A stretch of 64,000 nucleotides of DNA from Sphyrna mokarran (Eukaryota), in contig JAGIQG010000017.1 in assembly GCA_024679065.1 (NCBI GenBank), forward strand, positions 33,666,001 through 33,730,000. The letters run 5' to 3'. The notes under the pieces were generated by a model that saw only the letters and a program-made list of their open reading frames with translations, was not told the DNA's origin and did no database searches. Made by a program: the position numbers and the translations under genes. Shown piece after piece: positions 1 to 11,965 of the stretch; position 1 is the first letter of the stretch, and the number at the start of each line of letters is the position of its first letter.

Positions 1-281
1 CATTCAGCCCATCAAGTCTGCACTGACCACAATCCCATCCAGTCCTTGATCACAATTCCATACCCCCACATATTTATCCTGCTGATCCCTCTGACACTGG
101 TGTCATTTAGCATGGCCAATCAACCTAACCTGCACATCTTTGGACTGTGGGAGGAAACCGGAGTACCTGGAGGAAACTCAGCAGACATGGGAAGATTATG
201 CAAACTCCACACAGACAGTGAATTGAGACCAAAATTGAACCTGGGTCTCTGGCACTATGAGACAGCAGTGCTAACTACTGA
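1..281 (-). mobile_element. HE1/V-SINE-like tRNA-derived SINE (3' end cut by window edge)
   Basis: The reverse complement reads cagtagttagcactgctg...gtgtggagtttgca...ggtttcctcccacagtccaaagatgtgcaggttagg, shared with about 10 other copies in the window. Confidence 0.88.
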
Positions 282-324
282 CAAAAGAGGCAATGGCCAC
301 ATATGGAATATCCTTTTGCATCTT

Positions 325-541
325 TTGCGAATGTTTAGGATCTGGAATGCAGCAACTAAGAGTGTGATGGAGGCATTTCAATCAAGACATCCAAGAAAAT
401 ATTGGACTGTGATCTGAAAAAAAATGTACAGGGTTAGGGGAAGGCAGGGGAGTGGCACTTGGTACATTGCTCCTAAGGAGAACAGACGCAGACACACTGG
501 GCAGAATGGTCTCCTCCTGTGCTGTAAGAGTTCTGTGATTC
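325..541 (+). mobile_element. CR1 LINE 3' fragment
   Basis: tggaatgc... (WN motif at the end of ORF2) is followed by a 3' UTR ending gggcagaatggtctcctcctgtgctgtaag...ttctgtgattc. Confidence 0.7.
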
Positions 542-689
542 CTCCACTGGAAATAAGATTGGATCAATGAAAGCATTCTCATAGTCAGCTCAAAATGAAT
601 TCTAGGTCATGCCATTTTTCTGGGTATGGAGGTATCAACTGAAACAAGCCTGAATCAGATGATACCTGATGATAACAATATCCTGATGA

Positions 690-1270
690 GACCCTCAGGT
701 TCTGCCAGACATGCCCACTAATCAGCACACTTCTCTTTGCTCTACCTCCCTCCTTCTCTTCCTCTTCTAATTCTTCTTTGGCCTCCTGCTCTTCATTCTG
801 ATGAGTTGTATCACCCTTTGCAAGACTGATAGCTCTTTGGAAGGTTCTGTTATGGAGAGTGGAGAAGATGATCACAGTGACCAAGTGCCTTGCGGGAGTC
901 TATACTGCAGAACACCACCCAATTGATTAAGGCATTGGAAGCACATCTTCAGAAGTCCAATTATCTGCTCAATGGTGGAAAATATCTTCAGTTGTAGCAC
1001 TTCTCTGTCCAGCTCTTGCAAACAGGGCATCTGTGTCCTGTGAGATGCAGTGGTGTGGAGTTACTTGTGCAACGCCAACAAGATCTGCAGGGGATTATTG
1101 GAAGGGGCTGAAGAGAAAGAAGTTCAAAATCACAATGAATTTGATGCTATTGGCAGTGAAAGACAAAGGATGACGTCTTCACAATAAGTGCATAAATTTC
1201 TGGATCCATCTGCCTGGAGTATTGCAGACTCCTAACACACAGTTTCCCGGACATTTTAAAGTAATCCACT
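690..1270 (-). pseudogene. Degenerate PIF/Harbinger (HARBI1-like) transposase, internally deleted
   Basis: Minus-strand translation across frameshifts gives KFIVILNFF..PFQ, HCISQDTDALFARAG, EKCYN, TIEQIIGLLKMCFQCLNQLGGVLQY and VIIFSTLHN, then an acidic tail. These match Harbinger transposase motifs (IE..FG.LK.RFRCL..GG.LQY; ACC.LHN). Confidence 0.8.
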
Positions 1271-1491
1271 TTTGGCAATAGGTCCTTTATTGAGGGAATG
1301 GCTGCCTGTTACCTCACTGTCACTTTTCTCTCACCTCTATTCTCTGATTCCCAGAGTTTGCCCTTGCAGCAGAGGATGCTCCTCAACATCATTCAATCTG
1401 AAATCTGAGAGTCCTGCCTCTTTGCCTCGCTGCTGCCTTTCTTATGCTCATGTGGCCTCCCTATGTGTTTTGAAACCTTGTCATTTCCCTT

Positions 1492-1648
1492 TATTAAAAA
1501 GCATTTAGACAGTTACATGGGTATGATGGGTATAGAGGGGTATGGGGCAAGTACGGGCAATTGGGACTAGCTTAGGGGTTTAAAAAAAAGCGGCATGGAC
1601 AAGTTGGGTTGAAAGGCCTGTTTCCATGCTGTAAACCTCTAGGACTCA
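1492..1648 (+). mobile_element. CR1 LINE 3' end
   Basis: aagcatttagacagttacatggg...gcggcatggacaagttgggttgaaaggcctgtttccatgctgtaaacctctaggactc is a typical shark CR1 tail. Confidence 0.8.
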
Positions 1649-4600
1649 ATATATTTAAATGCCTCATGATGCCAGGAGGGTGACAAATTACTGTTGTACC
1701 CGAGAACATATTGACCTCGTCCTATATCCTGCACACACTAGGTGGCACCTGTGTGCCAACAGCTGAAGGTCTCTCTCAGCTACGCCCCTTTCATAAGCCT
1801 ACTTAATTTCTTGGGATGGACAAGGCAGGTGGCACAGTATTGCTGCCTCTATCCAACTGATGTGCCCATGACCCAGCACACAGCCTGTGTGCCCCCACCA
1901 GAATCTCAACGTGGCTCTCTATGAGCTCTTTACGTAACTTAATTTGACTCATTTGGGAACTGGGCAGATTCTTGCAGTGTTCTTCCCCCACCCAGTTGAA
2001 AGGCGTGAGTAGCGGAATAGCTTTCAGAAACCAAATTTCGATCACGTGCCTGCTTTCATCCTCCCTTCTCATGGGAACAATAAAAAAATCAGGCTCTGGG
2101 TGTTTGTACAGTCTGCTCTTTCGAATTGACCATCTGTGATTCATATTGTCACAACACCCTTCCAAACCTGGTCACTACTCCCGAGGAAGATAAAGCATCT
2201 TGAGTAAAACAAACATGACAAAATAACATAAGACACTCCCTAATTCGTGAAGTTAATAAAGAGAAACCTCTAGGTTATTGTAACATTCCTGTCAGGTACC
2301 TGGTGAGATTTTGAATTGTGACTTTTTCAGAGGATACAAACATTAGATCATGATAAATGAATTCTCATCGCTTTATAAAAGCATCTATTCAGGGGGCCTT
2401 GAAGGATATGTGATTGTCTCCAATCTATTTCTCATCATTATCAGCAGCCAACTTCCCACCCTCTATCTCCAAGCCACTGAAAAGCAATCTGCTATTTTTG
2501 GTGACAATGTTGCTCTTTACAAATTGTTTAAAATAAACAGGGTAACATCTCTGCTAAAAGAGAAGAATTTTAGATGAATGCATTAGACATTTGCACACTG
2601 ATATGCCACAGAGTAATTTCAGGACAATGTGTCTGCTCTCCCAGCAACATTATGAGACATGTGTCCTCATTACTGTTGCCTGCAGCTACACCCTGTTGTT
2701 AAGCTCTCTAACATATCACACCAACAAATCTGCATAGCCACTTTCTTGGCCTTGCCAGAGACCTCTGTGATCCTCACAGGTAAAGGCTGTGTGCAGTTAG
2801 ATGCCCAGCAGTATGCATTTACATTTGATTTGGAAATCAAAGTAGAAAGGGGCAGAATGACAGGTGACTCTACCTTACTGGCAGTTTAGCAATGGCAGTG
2901 GTCTGCACGACTACATGCGTGATTCCCTTGTGTTTAGCTATTGTCGGGAGGGGACCTGTAAGTCATTCTTGCTACTGAGAGGATGTGAATTTTCAACTAT
3001 GAGAAACCAAAGTCTGAATAGATCTCATGCTCTACAACAATACTACAGCTAAAAGAAAGAATGACGTGTACTTTGCTTTTTTTCTAAAGTATTGATAAAT
3101 CAATCTACACCATATAAGTCATATTCATTGCATTCTGTCCGGATGTTGTAGTTCAATTAGATTTCATTTAAGAATCAGTCTAAAAGAAAATGGATTCCAA
3201 ACAGCGAAACAAAACCCTTGGTCTGACAACAATTTTTAACACTAATTGTTTTCTTTCAATTTTCCTCTGTTCAGTACAAGACCAAGTTCAACTTTACTTC
3301 TTGTACATAAAGTAATCCTAGGCTCTTAAACTGAATCTTTTGGTTTAACCTTTTGTAGATCTTCCATTTGCCACCACCACCACTACCATCTCACCCAACA
3401 AAGTAATATAAAAAGGCTTATAATTCACATTTTACTTCTCATGTTATCTCTTTTATGAAGTCCTTCCAATAAATACATGTTCAATGTCTAAGCCCAAGCT
3501 GATTCTATTGAAGGATTACGATCCTGTACCAAAAGAGTCTGTGTAACAAATTGATGACTCCACTGAAATGCATGAACCAAAGAAAGTAATTGGAACTAAA
3601 TACTGATATTATTTTCCGTATATACCATTTATCAAATCGGATAAATAAAAAATTATTAATTTCTGAGTAAAGCCAAAAAGAAAATTGTTCACTAAGTCCA
3701 TTATACTCGTTCACAAGGAAAATTCTAGAAATACTGGATCATTACATTCCCTTTTCCCAAAAATGGAGAGTTACAGTAATGACAATTGTCAGAGTGCAAT
3801 AAGAATAAGTGTGTTGTTATTAATATTTTGGTGGCCATTAAAAGCTACTGTATATGACACACTGTTAGCTGATGTCTGAGCCTTCTTATACCACTGGTGG
3901 AAAAGGATACAACCTCAACACCCAGGAGACAACAATGAATCAGATGCATAGTTTGCCAACCTATTAACATTGTGACTTTCACCGCCCTGCTGCCCAGACT
4001 GCCAGAAAACATTGGTGTGCAACCAGAATAGCCTGCCAGGCTCAATATTTCCCACATAAAATGATCAAGGATTGGATATCCCCAACTAGACGGCAAGGAA
4101 ATTGACATGTCCCTCTAGACCAATGGTCATAAAAATAACAATTTTGTTGATGCAGTGCCAGTTACAGATGCCAGATACCATGATGGTGGGAAACAGATAG
4201 TGCGATATAGAAAATGAAGTTGCATATATTATAGGGAAACCTGATGTGATCCAAATTAGACTAAATTTGTGTCTTTATGAATAAACTTGAAATGGTCTAA
4301 TTAGAGTCACTATGGGTTTGCATTCACTTAAGTGCACATCTCTGGTAATTTCACACATGGTTGTCAATGGAAATCTGAATGACTAGGCAAATTAAACTGC
4401 ATCTCAACTTTTGCCACCTGGCTACATTTAGACAGTCTAATTAAAATAAATAGATATGCAGCTATTTCAATACTTGCATTATCGTCTTTTTTTAACTTTC
4501 TTTTTTGTTAAGTACATTTTCCAGTTTAATGACATGTGACATAAGGATGTTGAAGACAAAGTTGGTCGATGTCAGTGTAAACGTGGTTTGCATTGATTGT

Positions 4601-5629
4601 GGATGGATTAGCAAACGTGTAATTCTGTAGCTAAGGTGATGTGTAGCTGTATTTGGAAGAATAAAAAGTATGAGTGCTTCTAAAGGCCCTACACTAAGTT
4701 CTGAGCAAGATCAAACATGATCAATAGTTATAGTCAGCTGGCTAAGCTGAAGCTACAAAGTTATTCTGATACAATTACCAGTTTGCGGTAATAATTGTAA
4801 GATAAGCTTCCATCTTTTCATTCTCCTCAGACTATTCAATTTAATGTGGCCTGATTTCTGAAGTATAATGAAACAAGAATAGTCAAAATTATGAGATGTC
4901 GTCATCTTCCAAGTCTATTGTCTTGTTTGAATCTCTCCAGTCATGTTTCAGCCCCACAGCAGTGAAACATAGGAGAACCAGTGCAGGAGGAAGTCAAGAA
5001 GTTCAACTTATTCATGCTGGTGTTTGTGCTCCACCTGAGCACCCTCCAGTCCTTGCTCAACTAAATCTGGCAGTGTAATCTGCTACTCCCCTCTGCTGAT
5101 ATGCTTATCTAACTTCATCTTTTATACATCTGTACCACTCACTTCAATCACTCCCAGTTATAGCGAGGTCCACATTCTCAACACTCTTTGCATGAAGATG
5201 TTTCTTCTGGATTCCTTATTAGATTTCTTGATGATTATCTTATAAAGATGGCTCCAAACACAAGGAAATATACTTTCTGCATCCACTCTAATAGTCCTAA
5301 CTAAAATTGTGAATGACATTCTTGAGCAACCAACAATTTCCTAATCCTTAATATCTCTTTTTGTGGTCCGATTTTTGATTAAACCTCTTGAGATACATTA
5401 AAGCTGCCCTATAAGTTGTTGTTGCAATAATAGCAATGACTATTGTGGTATTGATGGTGCTTCCTGGAATCGGGATTCTAATCTAACTCCAACTGATGGT
5501 GTAAACATCTCCTCTGTCAATGGCACAGAAACAAAAAAATGCTGGAAAATCTCAACAGGTCTGACAGCATCTACAATTAAAAGATTAAATAAATCTTATA
5601 AAATTATTACCGATGAAGTTCAGTGTACT

Positions 5630-5920
5630 TGTTATTTATTAGTATTACAAATAGGCTTACATTAACACTGCAATGAAGTTACTGTGAAAATTCCCCAGCC
5701 GCCACACTCCAGGGCCTATTCAGTTACACTGAGAGAGAATTTAGCAAAGTCAATACATCTCACCAGCCCGCCTTTCGGACTGTGGGAGGAAATTGGAGCA
5801 TCCTGAGGAAACCCATACAGACAGAGGAGAATGTGCAGACTCTGCATAGACAGTGATCCAAGCTGGGAATTGAACCCGGATCCCTGGCGCTGTGAAGATG
5901 CAGTGCTAATCGCTGTGCCA
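5630..5920 (-). mobile_element. V-SINE, alternative-tail variant (type b)
   Basis: It has the same head and core as the HE1-like copies, but the tail is ...ttttcacagtaacttcattgcagtgttaatgtaagcctat...aataaataa. Confidence 0.85.
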
Positions 5921-5997
5921 CAATACATTGGAGAGAAAGAAAGTAGGGGGTATGCCAGAGCGATGGGACTTGGGTGATCCGTTATGTAAATCACTAA

Positions 5998-6194
5998 AAG
6001 GGTGGTTCGGGAGTGGAATGCCCTGCCTGCAGCAGTTGTAGATGCACCAAGTTTGGTGGCGTTTAAGAGGTTAGTTGATAAGTATATGGAAGAGAAGGGA
6101 ATGGTTTAGTTTGGAGGGTCATTGCTTTTTATATTGGTCGGCGCAACATCGAAGGCCAAAGGGCCTGTTCTGTGCTGTGATGTTCTATGTTCTA
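5998..6194 (+). mobile_element. CR1 LINE 3' end
   Basis: agggtggttcgggagtggaatgccctgcctg (RVV..WNALP)...gggcctgttctgtgctgtgatgttctatgttcta, with a terminal microsatellite. Confidence 0.85.
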
Positions 6195-6204
6195 AAAGTT
6201 ATTT

Positions 6205-6545
6205 TACAGGTATAACAAGCAATTAGAAAGGTACTTGAATGGTGGTCTTTATTTCAAAAGAATTGGAATTCTAAAAAAAGTGAGGAAGTAACGCCTCATT
6301 GTACTTTGCCTTCATCAAACATCATATTGCATTGAGTCTGGGCCATTTGTGCAATGGGCGTGATGCAGAATGAGACCTCAAGCTTGAAGAGTTAAATTAT
6401 GAGGGCATGATGTTTAAACTGATAAAGGAATTTCTAGTGCTGATACAGAAATTTTGGTGAACCCAAAATAAGGAGGCGGAATAATCATGATATTCTAGCT
6501 GAGTTCTGTAGGAGTCAAATCAGGAAACTTACACCAAGGGTCATG
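6205..6545 (+). mobile_element. Old, degraded CR1 ORF2 C-terminal fragment
   Basis: caagcaattagaaagg..., ttaaattatgagg... and aaatcaggaaact resemble CR1 RT C-terminal coding sequence but are heavily decayed. Confidence 0.5.
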
Positions 6546-7119
6546 GCTCAGGGGAAGAGCATCTGCCTAATTTTAGTTTGACTTCAGCGGAGAGTAAAAT
6601 CGTGTGGGGTTTAAAAAGTGTAGACAATCCAATCACACTGGTTTCCTGCCAGGAGGGTTAGATTAAAGATTTCCCCCCTAGGAGTTTCACCTTTGAAAAT
6701 AGCTGGATTTGAATCTCAGTTGCAGACATGAAAATCTCACTACAACTCCCTGTCTCTGAAATTTAACTACTTGTGTTTTTTAAACCTCTGTAAGACTTTA
6801 AGCAGTTAGCCAGAAGTGTTGTTGCACTTCCCTGAGCTCTATGCTTGTGTATCTGAGTGGAAAGCTGGATGGAATGGATTCCAAGTCTTGTAAGTGCAGC
6901 AAATCATCGACTGCCAAAATGTACACCTCAGTGATCCAGTCAGGATTAACAAAAGTCTCTTATTTGATACTGATTGCTAATCTCATGCATGATGAGACAG
7001 GATGGCAAATATGGCAATATCGAACCCTTTCTTGGTATTAACACTAGCTAATGTGAAGAGCTTTTATTTTTATAAAGACTTTACATTATTATGATGCTAC
7101 GCAATGTGTCCCAATTCTA

Positions 7120-7615
7120 ACATGACTTTTCATTATCATTCTCCCTCACTTGCTACACTTCTTACCCTTATGTTGGACCCCCTAGATGACCTTGCCCCAC
7201 GCAATCTCAAATCTCTTCCAGCTCTACAACACTCAGAGATCTCTTCATTCCTCCACCTCTGGCCTTCTGTGCATTTCAGATTTCTTTTGTCCAATCCTGC
7301 ACAGACATCGGGAGGGATTCTTCTGCTATTCATGCCAGTGATATTCTCTTGTCTTGCTGCAGTGAATGAAGATTTGGCTGAGCACCAGATTCTCCATCCT
7401 CTCCAATGGCGGTGATAGGGTGTGAACGGCCAGAGAATTCCAGCCATTAACTCTAAATCTCTCACCAACTCTCTCTCCTTTAAGATGCTCCTTAAAATGT
7501 ACGTTTTTGATTAAATTTGTGGTCCTATTGTTTCCATATGTAACTTGTTGAGAATGATCATCTGATAAAACTTCTGTGAAGCTCAATGGGAAATTTTATT
7601 TTGTTAGAGGTGCTT
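7120..7615 (+). mobile_element. L2 LINE 3' fragment interrupted by a MITE
   Basis: It contains the L2 tail motifs ctctggcctt, ctcctttaagatgctccttaaaa and ctgtgaagc...gggaaattttattttgttagaggtgc. Confidence 0.6.
7308..7445. mobile_element. MITE of about 135 bp (putative Harbinger-related)
   Basis: Its core (gatttggctgagcaccagattctcc) and end (agaattccagcc) are shared with the copies at 8046 and 40007. Confidence 0.65.
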
Positions 7616-8044
7616 GTTTCCCTCGCCCAGTCCTGTAGCACAACAATGAGATTGAAGAGACCGTTTAAATTATATTGTTCCACTCTAGTGTCACATCAAT
7701 ATACAAAAGGCTAATTTCACCGATCCTTCGCTGCCAGTAGGGAACCACATTCAAAGAGAGTATGGCTTGGAGAACAGGAAATACAGTGATGTAGCCAACT
7801 TCCACAACACTCTTGTGTAATTTTAACTCTCTGAGTGCACCAATGAGTTTACACTTCTAGGCTTTGAGACCATCAATATTTTCACTTATCCCTAAAAGTA
7901 TTACTTCTAATTTTGTTCACAAAATACATGACACAAAATAAAAGAAGCTTTTTACAGTGGGTTCAAAGTTTTTAAACAAACCTTTTATGAAATGGCACCC
8001 AGCTTCCGAATGCTTTGGTGGATGTGGGGACGTGACCAAGATAA

Positions 8045-8180
8045 GGGCTGGATTCTCTGACCTTTCCCTCAGTTGGGGTTCTTCAGTCTCACGGCAGTGA
8101 GTGGAGATTTGGCTGAACGCCAAATTCTCCGTTCTTGCTGGCAGCGATAGCACGGCGTGAACTGCCGGCAAATTCCAGGA
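8045..8180. mobile_element. MITE of about 135 bp (same family)
   Basis: It runs gggctggattct...ggagatttggctgaacgccaaattctcc...aaattccagg with imperfect terminal inverted repeats. Confidence 0.7.
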
Positions 8181-9954
8181 AAGATTTAAAAAACAATTAA
8201 AATAAATACTGAAATGGACTAGAACAAGAGGAATAAATAGAAATGCAAGAAATGGAAACAGTTTCAACTAAAAGGGAATCAAGAGCAATTCCATGTTCTG
8301 AGGTTTTCTAAAACAGGAAATTGTGGCTTGGATAGTTTGGTCGACTATACTTACTAATATCACATTGCGTTAACTTTATTATTACCATATTGAAGTTTAT
8401 TTCAATGTCAGTGTGTGGCCTTAACCAAATTTGGCCCAAAGAATCAAGAACTCTGTGAATCCAACCACATTCTAGGGTTAATATTAATAATCCTGAAAGT
8501 TAAAAGTTTTTTTATTTTAATGACAATTCAACTTTGTATTGAACAAAAAGCTCATTATCACTTTATAAATTCCCTGTAAATTGGATTTCACCGTCATAAT
8601 ATAGTTACTAAAAAAGAATTAATGGGCATTATGATACTGGGTGACTTGCAAGAACTGCACCAAGCTCTTTATTATATACTACTAAGATCTTTGATTGAAT
8701 GATCAGCCTCGTGTGCATGCAAATCGCTTTGAAAGTAAACTGTAACAGTCTTAAATAACTTTTTACATTGTATATGAAAATGATATATCTCTGAAGACAT
8801 AATCCAAACATTTGCTACAGTACACTCCCGTTGCTAATGTTTATAGTAAGCCTTACATTTAGACGGTGGGACCAATCAAATGGTAGCACCTGTATTCTTT
8901 ATGACAGTATTAGTATATGTGATCAAAAATGAGTAACAAGGACAAGTTAAAAGGTTCAGTTATTGTTGTGATTTCAGCAATGATTCAGGTTTCAGTATTT
9001 CATCCATTCCCTAAATATCCTAAATACAATACAACTAATTGATGTAGAATCATGATTGAACACTCATTTATTAACAGATTGCGTACAGCTTTTTCAAATA
9101 AATAATTTCTCGCAATTCACAAGTACAAGGAAAATAAAACCATAACAGCTTTATCCCAATTGCTGCACACAATGCATAAATCTCTATTGATGACATTACT
9201 TTCAACTGAAGTCCCTCATGTTAAATTAGAAAATATTGCTGTGTCCTTCTTACATGCCTGGCTATCTTTCTCCATTTCCTTCTACTACGCATTCTGTCAT
9301 AGCTGTGTCTTGTGTAATGAACATATTATATTCATACGCTCCAGCTGCATTTGACATGACACAGTTTCGAACAGTGTTTGGTAATTATACTCACAATTGT
9401 CTCGTTTCAAAAACAGACCTATATAAAATACTTAAAAATTCTTACAAAAAAAGTTTAGACCTTCAATTAAGACATGGCCTGATAAGGTATTGCATGCTAT
9501 AATAAATATTAAACAATATTAACAGGTAGATGCAGTGATGATCCTCTTATACATTAAGGAATATGTGCTGTTTGAAAGGTCTAGTCAGGAGGTGCTAAGG
9601 GTCTGCGAAGGGCAGGGGCAGAAAGCACTACAATAGATTATGACAACAGCAAATGCTTGCCGAGTTGTTTATGATACCGATGCCTGTATCTTCAGCAGGT
9701 AGCTCTGGGATCAATCCTGTTTTGGAGGCTTGGGATGGATCAGAGGCAGACACTGGAGCTCTGGTTCATCCATAAGATCAACAACTCATCCATAATGCAT
9801 CATTATTAAGGAACAAGTTAGTCAACAACATCTAGTACCTGTGCATTCACAGTTTAATGCAGAAATCAGAAAGTTGCTGTTTCAATTATCCTGTTACTCC
9901 ATAAGTTTAATTCTACCAATATCCCACCAAGAGATTTGACATTCAAGCACATGT

Positions 9955-10725
9955 GGTTCATTTTGGCAGGTCAAATAGGATGGCAGAATGTAATATTAAT
10001 GGTAGGACTCTTGGCAGTGTGGAAGGATCTTGGGGTCCGAGTTCATAGGACATTCAAAGCAGCTGCACAAATTGAAGCTGTGGTTGAGAAGGCACATGGT
10101 GCACTGGCCTTCATCAATCAAAGAATTGAGTTTAGGAGTCACGAGATAATTTTGCGGCTATATAGGACTCTGGTCAGACACCACTTGGAGTACTGTGCTG
10201 AGTTCTGGTCGCCTCATTATAGGAAGGATGTGGAAGCCATATAAAGGGTGCAGGGAAGATTTACAAGGATGTTGTTTGGATTGGGGAGCATGCCTTATGA
10301 GGATAGATTGAGGGAGCTCGACCTTTTCTCCTTGGAAAGAAGAAGAATGAGTGGTGACCTGATAGAGGTGTATAAAATGTTGAGAGGTATTGATTGAGTT
10401 AGAGGTTTTTTTCCCAGGGCTGAAATGGTTGTCCAAGAGATCACAGGTTTAAGATGCTGGGGAGTAAGTACAGGGGAGATGTCAGGGGTTAAGTTTTTTT
10501 TACTTAGAGAGTTGTGGATGTGTGGAATGGGCTGTCAGCAATGGTGGTGGAGGTGGATTTGATAACGTCTCTTAAAAGACTTTTAGATAAGTACATGAAA
10601 CTTAGTAAGATAGAGAGTTATAGGTAAGCCTAGTAATCTCTTGGTTAGGGACATATTTGGCACAACTTTGTGGGCCAAAGGGCCCGTATTGTACGGTAGT
10701 TTTTCTATGTTTCTATGTTTCAATG
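9955..10725 (+). mobile_element. CR1 (HER1-like) LINE, 5'-truncated: ORF2 C-terminus and 3' UTR
   Basis: The ORF reads KDLGVRVH...LYRTLVRHHLEYCAEFWSPHYRKDVEAI (diagnostic CR1 motif LVRPHLEYC.QFWSP) and is followed by a tail ending in (ttctatgt)n. Confidence 0.93.
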
Positions 10726-11779
10726 TAATGCATGGAGATGCAATCCACAGTCACTCATCATACCAGAAAAAATACAGCTCATCCTAGTAAAATTAAGTGA
10801 ACTTATAATGATATTATAACTCTTAATCACTGTTAACCAACTTCTCTGGTACTGAAAATTTATCTTTACAAGCATGGAGTCACATTCCTTCAAATTTTAT
10901 CATTGTCATAGATTATTACATCGTTTTAAAAATGTTAACTTTTTCTCTCTGTCTCTTTCAATTCAGTGCTTTTCTCTTTCTTTATATCACCTTCTGAAAA
11001 TTATTTCACATTGAATTAAATCTTCAAAAATGTACTTCCTTGTTTAGACTCAGTGTGTCTCAATAAGGATTCTTCAAAGTGATTGGTCAAAGCAACACTG
11101 CTCTTGCTGTGTCATTATAAATCCCAGATGCCTTTTAGATGATTCTTGATGACCACATGTCACTATGCAGCATGCCCACATAAGGTCTGGGGTTGAATGA
11201 GAAATTCCCAATGAAAGTCGATGCACATTTTCCTGTTTTGCCAAACTTTCAGTCTGCCTATGAAAGGTCCTACTGCAGACGGAAAGGGAAAACCCCAGTC
11301 AGGGTCTATAGCCAGTATAAGCACAGTTCATCTGCTGCCAACAACAAATTCCAAGTTGCTATATCTTATGGCGCTTCCTCATTTTACCTGTAGCCCATTA
11401 ATTCTTTGCTTTCATTGACATATATCCTAAATGTCCTTGTAAGATATGTGGGATATATGTCTCCATTTACTGTGGGAGGCATTCCAACAAACTGAGGGAA
11501 TGTATCTTCTTGACACCAGGAGTGAAATCTTTGAGCCAGCGAGTGGCAGGAGCTCCTTTCCTATGACTAGGATTTGAGTTTAGAATGGTACTGAAACCCA
11601 TCACAGCTTCAGTATTCCAAATCAGAGAATGGAAGGTGCAGCACATCAATGAACGCAAGGCAATGCTCACTTTTTAAAAACTTATTAAATAGTTCAATAG
11701 CCATTCCTATTTATAAGGAAAAAAAAGTTGGAAGATTTAATTATGCTTCACATAACAAGCATGATTATAATAACATTGA

Positions 11780-11965
11780 GTCATAGAGGCACAGGATCTT
11801 ACAATGCAGGAAAGAGAATTCAGCCCGCCGACAATATGTACCATTAAAGGCAATGCTAATCCCATTTTCCTCCACTTTTCCCATGTTCTTGAATATTATG
11901 ATGTTTCAAGTGCTCATCCAAAGGGTTTTTAAAAGGTTGGAACGTTTCCGGACTCCACTATTTTC
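11780..11965 (-). mobile_element. CR1 3' tail, degraded
   Basis: gtcatagag...caatgcaggaaagagaattcagccc...ttcaagtgctcatccaa is the reverse-strand CR1 tail pattern. Confidence 0.6.

Noticed and set aside
46-417. 123-aa ORF and similar ORFs at 5716, 15208, 15426, 44192, 53885 and 63663
   Set aside because: They are translations of SINE sequence and recur with the repeat.
3060-3780. Possible decayed viral or L1 coding sequence on the minus strand
   Set aside because: All three frames have many stops and I could not identify any motif.
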